Assembly (NCBI RefSeq): GCF_001194135.2
Contig: NC_068981.1
Location: 14,460,163-14,524,162, forward strand
Length of the DNA: 64,000 nt
Source of the DNA: Octopus bimaculoides
Taxonomy: Eukaryota
Direction: 5' to 3'
Position numbers and translations under genes: made by a program. Within the stretch, counting starts at the first letter, position 1. The number at the start of each line of letters is the position of its first letter. Below, piece after piece: positions 53,951 through 64,000 of this stretch. Under the pieces are notes generated by a model. That model had not been told where the DNA came from and made no database searches. It was given only the letters and a program-made list of their open reading frames with translations.

Positions 53951-54759
53951 ATCTATCCAAAGCAAAATGTTATGTGTTATAAATTATTAAAGTTTCACAT
54001 TGAATTATGGTTTAATTATGTTTTAACCAACTCGCTTGCAAATGACTCTAACTCACAACCAACGGCGCTGTGACAACGAATTATATTATGCAAAATGTCA
54101 GTTATGATATTTACAGATAAGATAAATATTAAATATGATGCTCGGATATAAACAATACTAACGTAAATGAAGTATTAGGCTCTATGTTTCAGGTCAATGG
54201 GAGCTCTGATTGAAATACTGGTGGAATGTTACACTATATTTCAACATCTTTATGTCCACTAACTAATTCCAAGCAATTTCAGTTTTAGATGTAATTTAGT
54301 TACTTCGAAATAATATTCGGTACGGGATTCTTGAAAGTCATATAATACATATTCAAATTTATGCCTAAATTCACAATCCCATCCGAATAAAAACTACATA
54401 AATATGCACACATATTGTTAAGAGGAGTGAGAACAAGGACAACCCTCATGAAGATATTTAGTAAACGAAGATTAAAAATAAAATAAAATAAGAGCAGACA
54501 CTTAACTCAAATGTACGCAAGATTTATATGTGATTTACTTAAATATCATTTGATGTTCACATTATTTGTAGGCTGGCCAATGAGATATAAGTTAACCTAT
54601 GAGGAACAACCAATCATCCATGAAACAAGTGAAGTTAATCTCCAATATTCTTCTGTGAACGAGGCAAATATCCAATGATAATTTGTTGAGACTCAGTACA
54701 ACAAAGGAATTGGAAATTCAACATTGTTAGCAAGCACTTTAGTCTACTGTCTGTGCCTT

Positions 54760-54789
54760 TATACATACATACATACATACATACATACA

Positions 54790-54821
<32 letters not shown>

Positions 54822-54838
54822 CACACACACATACACAC
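54760..54838. repeat. (CATA)n / (CA)n microsatellite
   Basis: Directly visible. Confidence 0.95.
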
Positions 54839-55270
54839 ATTTGTATTATGGATTAGAAAATAAATAGAAATGATAAAATGTATAATTTCTGACTGACTGG
54901 TTGAATTGTATTACTATCTCCCACAAATTTATGTCAATTGGCTGCGTAGAATTAGTGTATGTCAATCTTAGTTGAGCAGTGGATATTGTGAAACATATGC
55001 AGCTTTAGTGAATGTTTCTATACGACACTAATCTATATATATTATATTGCTGATTGTCGTTGAAACAATACAGAGACTACACTTTAATTCACCATCAAAG
55101 ACGCCAAGAAAAATGTATTTGTTCATGATTAGACGCCATGGACAACTATTTTGATTGTTATCCAACATATCACGCGCCGTATAAACTAAAACAACCATGC
55201 ACACAAGTACACACGTGTGAGTGTGTGAAGCCGTACACCAAATAACATATACACATATGTATATATATCA

Positions 55271-55317
<47 letters not shown>

Positions 55318-55699
55318 NNNNNNNNNNNNNNNNNNNNNNNNNNNNNNNNNNNNNNNNNNNNNNNNNNNNNNNNNNNNNNNNNNNNNNNNNNNNNNNNNNN
55401 NNNNNNNNNNNNNNNNNNNNNNNNNNNNNNNNNNNNNNNNNNNNNNNNNNNNNNNNNNNNNNNNNNNNNNNNNNNNNACACATACATACATACGTATATA
55501 TATACACACACCTATGTAAGAATATTAAAAATAAAAACTTAGGGAATCGGAATAATTATTCTAGGTTATCAGGATATTTACTATTTTACACCTTACTAAT
55601 GCAAAACAAACAGTATCAATAATAATATTACAGATTTGGAATTTTACCAATGAGACCACAACATCATTTTCAGGACAACCTTATTTTCTGGAGTACACA

Positions 55700-56520
55700 T
55701 AGAATGTTATACCAAACATCTAATCTAACAGTATCATTTAAATTCTAATATAAAAAACGTACATTAGAATTAATTAAAAATTATACAAAACACATTTTAT
55801 AGCATTGAAGGAATTAAAAAGGCGATGGAACTGAATATCACCCAACTACGGACACCAAAGGAAAAAGTTAATGAAAACACGATTCCGTTCATTAACACAT
55901 ACAGTCCTGGAATAACTAACATATTCCGCGTCATAAAATCGAACCTGCCTATACTCCTTCAAAGCCCTAAGATGAAAACTCTGATTGAAAAAAACACCTT
56001 ACGGAATAGCAGACGCCAACCAAAAAACCTTAAAAAACACCCAACAAGGGCAGAATTCAGATCTGAAACTAAACCAGAATTCATAGTAAAAGAATGTGGT
56101 GATAGGAGATGTGGAACGTGTAACAATACCAACAACTACAAATACATAGAAAGTGGTTCCAACATAAAATACAAGAACGGATCTATTTTTAAAATAAATG
56201 CAGATATGAACGGCAAAACACAAAATCTCATATACTGCATCACCTGTCCAAACTGTAAAGAAAATTACATTGGCGAAACGAATAACTCACTTTGTCAACG
56301 TGCAATAATTTACAGGCAACATATCCGACAAGAAGAACTACGAATGATTCCATTAAGTAAACATCTGGAAATATGCGGAGACGGAAAGTTCAAAATCTTT
56401 CCCTTTTATAAATGTACACGGGACGATCCACAATACCGAAAGGCAATGGAACTACTCTTCATGAAAAAATGTTCCCCTAAGTTAAATGTTTGAAAGAGAA
56501 AAAAGAAAAACAAGGAATAC
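55700..56520 (+). mobile_element. 5'-truncated Penelope-like retroelement (RT C-terminal linker + GIY-YIG endonuclease)
   Basis: Contains ORF 55825-56493; the frame extends upstream as FYSIEGIKKAMEL (typical PLE thumb/linker). No RT core is visible; boundaries approximate. Confidence 0.85.
55825..56493 (+). CDS. GIY-YIG endonuclease domain of a Penelope-like element (222 aa open frame, probably an internal Met)
   Basis: PFINTY, SRRQPKNLK, Cys motif CGDRRCGTC, NLIYCITCPNCKENYIGET (GIY-YIG), QR...RQH, AME and KLN are all hallmark PLE endonuclease motifs. Confidence 0.8.
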   Translation: MELNITQLRTPKEKVNENTIPFINTYSPGITNIFRVIKSNLPILLQSPKMKTLIEKNTLRNSRRQPKNLKKHPTRAEFRSETKPEFIVKECGDRRCGTCNNTNNYKYIESGSNIKYKNGSIFKINADMNGKTQNLIYCITCPNCKENYIGETNNSLCQRAIIYRQHIRQEELRMIPLSKHLEICGDGKFKIFPFYKCTRDDPQYRKAMELLFMKKCSPKLNV

Positions 56521-56574
56521 GTTTTGTATGTATATATATGTTTGATATGATATATATAGTTATGGATCTATTTT

Positions 56575-57268
56575 AAAACGGGGGCCACAGTTTTCATTAA
56601 TATTTTACGTTGTGTTTTTGGTACCGAAAGACTTTCAAACTTCGTATACTTATCTATTTTGTATTATAGAACAGAAAAATATTTTTGTATTCGAATTTAT
56701 TTCATGTAAAAAATTGTCTTATTTCGATAATTTCAACCAATCACTGACAAGTATTCAGTTGTTTACATTTACTCCTTTGGCTGATTAAGCGGTGTAAAGC
56801 GTATTTAATCTCCATAACTTCTGACATTTGCAGAGAGGCAACACGTGTGTTCGTTTTATTTGCCTTTTTCATTTTAAATTTGCTTTTTTCATTTTCTTTT
56901 TTTCTTCGTTTTATTTGCTTTTTTCTTTTTAAATTTGCTGTTTTAACCTAACCCTAACCCTAGGGTTAGGGTTAGGGTTAGGGTTAGCTTATAATAGAAA
57001 GGTTTATTAGCTACTGCCAATATGCTTCAGCCATTTTTTGACAAGGAAATAATAATTTTATCACCGATAGAATTGTTTCAGAATCGTTTGTTTATGTAGT
57101 CGGCACTTAATGTATATCGGCTGAATGGACGTCAGTGATTGGTTGAAATTACAGAAATACGATAACTTTAACATGGAATAACTTAGGGATTTCTTTTTTT
57201 TTAAGAAGACTAAGATACAAAATGTTTTATATGACACATTCTACCAGTGTTCCAAGTTTCAAAGTGTT
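56575..57268. mobile_element. Non-autonomous DNA element (MITE-like) with long imperfect inverted repeats; right end lost in gap
   Basis: Perfect 21-bp IR TAATTTCAACCAATCACTGAC (56728-56748 / 57131-57151), extending imperfectly outward (TTATTTCATGT / ACATGGAATAA; ACTTTCAAACTT / AAGTTTCAAAGT) to about 56625 and 57268. Confidence 0.72.
56944..56987. repeat. Head-to-head interstitial telomeric repeat (CCCTAA)n-(TTAGGG)n
   Basis: TAACCTAACCCTAACCCTAGGGTTAGGGTTAGGGTTAGGGTTAG, palindrome centre CCCTAGGG at 56958-56965. Confidence 0.9.
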
Positions 57269-57419
57269 NNNNNNNNNNNNNNNNNNNNNNNNNNNNNNNN
57301 NNNNNNNNNNNNNNNNNNNNNNNNNNNNNNNNNNNNNNNNNNNNNNNNNNNNNNNNNNNNNNNNNNNNACACACACACACACATATATACACACACACAC
57401 AAACACATATATATTATTT

Positions 57420-60078
57420 GGTTTGAAAGAGAGTATCACATTATCGAAGAGAATGCGTGGACCAAGCAGGAGGATGAGGAAAATGAAACAGTTGAAGAAG
57501 GAAAAGACCAGCCTAAGAAAGTGTTGGAAATGTTCTACAGAAGATGAAAAGCGTGGCCTCGCACTGCTGTAGAACGATGTGAAATGGAAATATCGTTATG
57601 TGAAACGACATATCCGCCGGGCTAAATCATCTCTCAGATCCTGATATCGAATTTCAAATTGGGGACATCGGGGAGAGAGGTGTGAATGATTTCCTAAGAA
57701 AAGCTAGAGTGCCCCACTAGGTGATGGCGTCTCATATAAAGCCTATAAATATTTCAATCGCCTGCGAAAGAAACCCTTTGTCCAACTCCGACAGATGTGG
57801 CGCGAAGAGACTCTAGTTGATGACTGGTGTAAGCAGAAGGAATATATCTACCGAAGGAGGCCAATGCAGAGACTATAAAACAGTTTAGGCCGATACCCTT
57901 ATTGAATGCGGAAGATAAGATCTCTATGGGAATTTTCTCAAGGAGAACAGTGACATATTTACGGAGTAACGGATATGTTGACGAATCTGTTCAAAAGGCC
58001 GGAATCCCTGGGGTTCCTGGATGCATTAAACACTGTTTTTCGATTTGGAAAGCGATCCAGGATGCCAAACAGAACAATGAAGTCTGAACGTGGTGTGGCT
58101 TCACTTAGCTAATGCATATGGCTCAGTGCCGCACGAATTGAGGAGAGCCATGGACCACTTCTACGTTCCAGACAAAGTGACCAGACATAATGAGGTTGTA
58201 TTATGACAGTTTCGAAATGAGCTTTACTGCTGGAGATTTTACAACAGATTGGCACCGATTAGAAATTGGCATTGCTGCTGTCTGTACAATATATGTCACG
58301 TGGTGTATGTTAGTCATGGAGATGATTCTGAAAGCTGCGGATTTTTCGGAACAAATCGCCAATGTACAATCGCCTAAGAAAGCGTTCATGGATGACATGA
58401 CTGTTCTATCTACAGATAACCAAATCATGCAGAATGCCCTCTTGAGACTAAACAAGCTTATGAGGTGGTCAAGGATGCGTTTTAGAGCAAAAAAAAGTCG
58501 TGTAGACTGGAATTTTTAACGGAGTACTGGAAGAATTGAAGTTTCGAATAGCTGAAGAATGCATTCCAACAGTCAAAGAAGAACCTGTCAAGGGCTTGTG
58601 GCGAGTATACGCTGGAACATTGTCAGATAGGATTCGCGGGATGGAACTTATGAAACAAGCCGAGGCTGGATTATCAGCGATTGATAACTCAAATTTACCA
58701 GGTAACTATAAAATTTGGTGCTTGCAGTTCGGCTTGTACCCGCCACTTTCGTGGCTACATTTAATATACGAGGTAGCCTTGTCACGAGTTCAGATCATTG
58801 AACAAAAATGTAATGTGTTCATTAGAAAGTGGCTATTCCTACCTCGGATGTTGAACAGTTCAAATTTTTATCGTAAAAGCGGTTCGTTGCAGTTACCACT
58901 AGCATCAATAGTCGAAATATTTAAACTGGAGAAGATACGGACGGTGATGATGTTGAGAGAATCGAAGGACATGGAAATGAGGCGTAACCCACCAGAGGTG
59001 AAAACAGCAAGGAAGTGGAACAGCGTCAAAACGAGGGAAGCGGAGAGAAGAGAGCTTCATTTGATCCGATGTATTCAACAAGGACAGATGACCAGATAGG
59101 AAGAGCATGTTGTTGAGAAGAAAATTAGTGGGGATGAGATATGAAAGTGGACCACATCTCGGATAAGATTTCTGATTCGTTCATCCTATGATGTTTTGCC
59201 ATCACCTACAAATCTAGTAAGATGGAGTGTCTCAGAGAATGACATATGCAAATGCGGAAAGGTCGGAACACTGAAACATATTCTTTCCAACTGTTCATTA
59301 GCATTGAACAGGTATACATAGAGACACAACCTGGTCCTTAAGGTTATCTTCAATGCTATAGAGAACCAAGTTGATCTCAACAACAGTGAGAAATAAACCG
59401 TTGAAAGTACCAACTAGAGATTTCATAACCTTCATGCGCTCGGGTCAGCAGGAACGTCCTGAGAGAGAGGAAAAGTGGAACGGATATTGGGAGGTGACTG
59501 CAGAGTTACTAGGGTGCCAGGGACTCTTTCCCATCCCAGTTACGAAAAAAAAGGACATTTTAAGTCGGTGTGAAAGAAAGAAAGTTGTAAATCTAGTCGA
59601 GTTAACGGTCCCTTATGAAGATAACATGGATGTCGCTCGGGTTGAAAATATTGACCGTTATGTAAACCTCCTCGAGGCGTGTGAAGGCGCAGGCTGGAAA
59701 GCGGAGCATTTTCCCAAGGAAGTCGGATGTAGAGGGTTTGTTGGAGACAGTGTGAGACGACTATTATCGTTAGGCGTAACTCATCGTAGGGTAAATACCA
59801 CCATGACCGATATCCAAACTACAGTGAAGAAGGGTAACCACTGGACTTGATTAAAAAGAGATGATGACCGCCGGTGAGAGAAATATTCAGCGATAATTTA
59901 GTAAAGAGTTGATCTAGCAAGCAGGGCAACATATAAGTGAGAGGGGCCGGTGCGCTTTGATGCCGTCGAGAAGTAGGCCGCAAAAGGGCACGCATTCTCT
60001 CCTGATGACCACAAACACTTGCTGGCTTCCGGTATGCGCAGTGCATGACTGGTAGCACATGCATGTGCAAGTTGTGTG

Positions 60079-60080
<2 letters not shown>
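57420..60080 (+). mobile_element. RLE-type non-LTR retrotransposon (HERO/NeSL-like), 5'-truncated and frameshifted
   Basis: RT motifs FRPIPLLN, QKAGIPGVPGC, WLHLANAYGSVPH, GIAAVC, KAFMDDMT and MRFRAKKSR; thumb LPGNYKIWCLQF; zinc knuckle CKCGKVGTLKHILSNC; REL endonuclease VELTVPYE...EVGCRGFVG. Split across ORFs 57902, 58190, 58536 and 59371, with a ~230-nt 3'UTR ending at a (TA)n run. Confidence 0.88.
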
Positions 60081-60138
<58 letters not shown>

Positions 60139-61157
60139 ATATGGATATACATATATCTGCATATATGGATATATGTGTATATACGTGTATATATATATGT
60201 GTGTGTATATGCCTATATATGTATATATGTAGTAAAAGCAGAAACTATAAACGATATATAAATGAATAGTCTTTCTTCATTAAGCTAGAAGAGAATATTG
60301 TGTAGGTGCAAAATTTCTATTCCTATATGTGTATGCAAAACGTGTATATGCATGTTTTCACATTCATGTGTATGTGTGGGCACGTATGTTTGTGGTAAAT
60401 ATCGTAATATATTGGCGAAATTAGAGAGGTGGGTAAATCAATATGTTGCATTGACAGACTTGTAAAGTCTGTCAATTCTTAAATATTATAGATTCTTTGG
60501 TGAATAATCCCTTACACAGTGAAACTTCAAAGCGAAGATAGGCAGACCTCTATAGACACCAAGATCTGTTTATAGCAGAAAATCAATATTCAATCAATAA
60601 TAATAGATATTATATTTTAGTTAAATATTGCGTTATTGGTAGAATAAATATTTCGTCTATAAACTTTGAACAAACGACAGATAGCCTAACATAATGTTAT
60701 CATCGCATGAAACCTTAAAAATATAATGAATGTAGACGTGAAAAATAGCAAAGACACAGTCATGTATTATTTCATACATTATATATATATGTGTGTGTGT
60801 GTGTTGGGGGAGACAGTGAGAGAGAAAACGACAACAGAGTTATATTTGCATATATAATGTTATATAATAGATTATATAATTATATACGTGTAGAAGACGC
60901 ATTAATACTGTTATGTGCTAAGATGAATCGGATATGCCCGAACAATACAAGGTGAGTTAAAAAAGCACGTTTCTCCTTGAACATTTGACCTGATACACTC
61001 ACTCATTCCCATATACGCTTGTGCGTGTGTGTGTGTGTATAGATATGAAGGTGTGTGTGTATATGTATGTGTGTGTGTATATATGTGTGTTTGTGTATTT
61101 ATATATGTACATATATGTGTATGTATATATGTATAAGTATATGTATGTGGACATATA

Positions 61158-61392
61158 TACTCTTTACTATTTACTCTTTTACTTGTTTGTCATTTGACTG
61201 CGGCCATACTGGAGCACCGCCTTAGTCGAGCAAATCGATCCCGGGACTTATTCTTTCTAAGCCTAGTACTTATTTTATCGGTACATTTTGCCGAACCGCT
61301 AAGTGACGGGGAAATACACACACCAGAATCGGTTGTCAAGCAATGCAAGGGGGACAAACACGGACACACAAACACACCCACACACACACACC

Positions 61393-61429
<37 letters not shown>

Positions 61430-61592
61430 NNNNNNNNNNTATATACGACGGGATTCTTTCAGTTTCCGTCTACCAAATCCACTCACAAGGCTTTGGTCGC
61501 CCGAGACACTTACCGAAGGTGCCAAGTAGTGGGACTGAACCCGTAACCATATTGTTGGTAAGCAAGCCACTTACCACACATCCACTCCTGTG
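61158..61592 (-). mobile_element. tRNA-derived SINE (family A), near full length with internal (GT)n
   Basis: Minus-strand head ...GTGTGGTAAGTGGCTTGCT...GGGTTCAGTCCCACTACTTGGCACC, internal microsatellite, tail GGCGGTGCTCCAGTATGGCCGCAGTCAAATGACAAACAAGTAAAAGAG. Confidence 0.88.
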
Positions 61593-62265
61593 CTTATATA
61601 TATATCCTATGTCGTTTAGTAATCGATATAATCTGTATAAATGTGTAGATCCATGTTATGCAAAGCAAGAAAAGCATTCCGTTTAATAGCTTGTATAAAT
61701 TTTGTAGCCACATGATTGTAGCAAGATGAAGTTTCCAGGAACATATAACACTAGTGGAGCGGTCTCTTTCTGCTACAACATAATCCTTGAACATTGGAAT
61801 TTAGGAACGATTTACTTTAGTCTCATTATAATTCGCTGTGTTATTTAAGTGGTACTCTCCACCACGTTAGATAAGTGTTTTCCTGGCTCTTCTGTACTTT
61901 GCATATCTATAATTTGATGTTATTTTACAAATTTCTGCCATATGCTTTAATAAACAAACCTGTGTATTTCGGTTATAAATGGCTGGTAAATGTCCAGCCA
62001 TCAACTATTTTCGTGGCTACATTTCAATTTCTATGTTCGAATCATGTTTGACCGATTATAATAACATTTTGGTCCAAGTGCAGGGTTACGAGTATGTCTA
62101 GGGACTCCAGTGATGAAGACCAGTGATGCAATTACCTAAAGATCAGGACGAGCTGAGTAATCGAAGACACGCACAGAAAGCTGAACGATCTCGTCGAATA
62201 TCTGTCACTCCACTATATGTAATTCAAGCTTTGCGAAGTTGGATTGTCGAAAACAGTTAATTATA

Positions 62266-62484
62266 CAGTAATCCCTCGCCATATTGCAGTTTATTATTGA
62301 AGCTAACACCGATTTCTTCTTGTTGCTGTTTTGCATTTATAATAAAATATATATATTCCAAATAATAAAAATAATTTCAAATAATATATATATATATATA
62401 ATACAGTACTGCTTCTACTTCGGAGATTTCACTTATCATGGAAAGTTTGGGAACCTAACATCCGCGATAGTCGAGGAATTACTG
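62266..62484. mobile_element. 219-bp Tc1/mariner-pogo (Tigger-like) MITE
   Basis: TIRs CAGTAATCCCTCGCCAT / ATAGTCGAGGAATTACTG (reverse complement CAGTAATTCCTCGACTAT), flanked by TA at 62264-62265 and 62485-62486; AT-rich non-coding interior. Confidence 0.8.
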
Positions 62485-64000
62485 TATATCGCTGCTGTTA
62501 CGTTAAACTGTTGTATGTCCAAATTTGGTTAAATGCGTTTTTTTTAATATATATTTTAGCTTGCAATAGCCACTTTTTTTTTAATCAAACTATCGTACCT
62601 CCAGCTGCTTCAGAGGTCAAGATATCAAAAATTGTCGAAATGTAGTACAACGGTTTTGCTATGGAATGGTGAAACTATTTTTTCGTTTTCTGAAAAATGC
62701 AACGTTTTGGACTTATGACGCTTTTACATAATAGAAACGATATATACTTTCATTTAATAATCGAGCCATCTTGGGAAAACACATCCAAATTTTGATTAGG
62801 TAAATAAATCTGATAGCGTGAGGTAAATAAATTCTACTTCTATCATCTCATCTCGTATTAATATAAATATAAAACACAGTATTGCTAGTTTTATATTCAT
62901 GATTAATGAGTTTATACTATATATATAAGTGCCAATATTTATCTATCTTATTTACTTTGTTTCGTCCTGGGAGAGTATTTGTACCAAAAATGATAACACA
63001 CGCACAAGCCTACTTTCACTTTTTTATTGTTAGTCAGTTGGTTAAATATCTCGCTATATTGTTCTCTTACCTCTTTTGTCTCTGCTTATGCATTGTAGCC
63101 GTAATCTCGGAAATTTCAATGAGTATCTATGTCTATAGGATCTGTGTATAACGTTCTAAAAACAATAAAACATACTGAAAATATCTTCTAAAATGTGATT
63201 GTTTTCCAAAGGTAAGAAATGTGTCATTGTATAAAATGTTCAATTTGGTTTAATTTATTGACTTCGGATTATGCCATGCTGTTGATTTTTAATTTGAAAG
63301 CAATCGGACTATACAAGAGAACCAGGTCTAGAAATTTTGAAGCTTTTATAATGAGTAAGGTGTGAAATAAATATGTGTATTTCATGTTTCTTTCTTATTT
63401 CTCGATTTGGAATCCAGACTTCATAATCTCTGTAAGATTTCTCTAGAAATAGTTCTTTCCCTTACACTAACTGCCCACCAGGTTACATTATTTGCTTATA
63501 TAGATTTACTTATGTTGGATACGTATGTGTATACGGACATCACAGAATTAAATAGACATGACATGAAACATTGCTTTATGTTTATTTTAACTTCTAAAGG
63601 TTTGTATTTTTTTTTAATTAACAGTTTTTATGTCTCAGTTTAATCATGTCACGTAAAAAAGGAGTCTTGGAACTGTCCAAATTTCAAAGAAGCCGTATTG
63701 TGACTCAATCTAAAGGTGGACTTAGCGTAAAATCCAAGGAAAACTTGGGATCCCGCCTTCTACATTTAATGGGGTGATTGGGTAATTCATCAGAGAAGGA
63801 AAGGAGTTCACATGACCTTGTCCAGATCGACCAGAACCCACTGACAGGACCCTTTGCTTTGTTAAGTGATGTGTGCAAAGCTTCTGACTTTACAGAAAAA
63901 AGTTGATGTCTATCCCAGAACAGCTGCCAGTATCTCCCCAAACTTGGCTATTGTGGCAGTGTAGCAAGTAGGAAGCCACTTCTTCAACCAGCCAATGTCA

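Larger units (their letters stand above)
2725..61439. other. 15 assembly gaps (N-runs) scattered over this span
   Basis: 2725-2810, 13073-13190, 14281-14403, 25550-26339, 35762-36133, 38013-38495, 38747-38776, 40636-40762, 43510-43671, 45201-45800, 46022-46491, 49241-49277, 55318-55477, 57269-57368 and 61430-61439; most abut (TA)n, (CA)n or (GA)n. Confidence 0.98.

Noticed and set aside
12873-57572. Long ORFs in the track containing X runs or YIYI/HTHT/RERE/LSLS/CVCV strings (e.g. 25235-26485, 25344-26501, 45168-45830, 45910-46596)
   Set aside because: Artefacts of N-gaps and dinucleotide microsatellites, which lack stop codons.
60001-60040. CTGATGA in the LINE 3'UTR (also at ~7983, ~13267, ~43727 and ~53137)
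   Set aside because: No stem II plus GAAA at the proper spacing; not hammerheads.
60450-60476. Perfect 11-bp hairpin ATTGACAGACT-tgtaa-AGTCTGTCAAT
   Set aside because: Too short for a pre-miRNA, no CTRR Helitron terminus nearby and no other support.
63700-64000. GC-richer window end with a broken minus-strand frame (WLKKWLP...)
   Set aside because: Possibly another LINE fragment, but truncated by the window edge with no diagnostic motif.

Overview
AT-rich, microsatellite-dense animal genomic DNA from a gapped assembly (15 N-runs, about 3.7 kb, nearly all next to dinucleotide repeats). The SINE families and repeat landscape point to an octopus or related coleoid cephalopod; this is inferred from recognising the repeats, not from a search. 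There is no prokaryotic content, CRISPR, rRNA or genuine tRNA gene. Nearly all ORFs in the supplied track are microsatellite or gap artefacts. The one credible host coding signal is a 133-nt minus-strand exon (28564-28432) that the ORF track missed: it encodes a signal-peptide-like N-terminus and ends in a GTGAGT donor. A possible promoter/5'UTR region lies at about 33.7-35.2 kb, and no downstream exon was identified, so 1-28431 is probably intronic. The rest is mobile-element material: about 12 tRNA-derived SINE copies of four families, degraded RTE and R4/Dong LINEs, a Penelope-like GIY-YIG ORF, a HERO/NeSL-type RLE LINE and two MITEs, one with long inverted repeats around a head-to-head telomeric palindrome. 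The most unusual observation is a tRNA-headed SINE whose 3' part carries a Penelope-type minimal hammerhead-ribozyme motif, degenerate in this copy. All alignments and translations were done by eye, so element boundaries are approximate.
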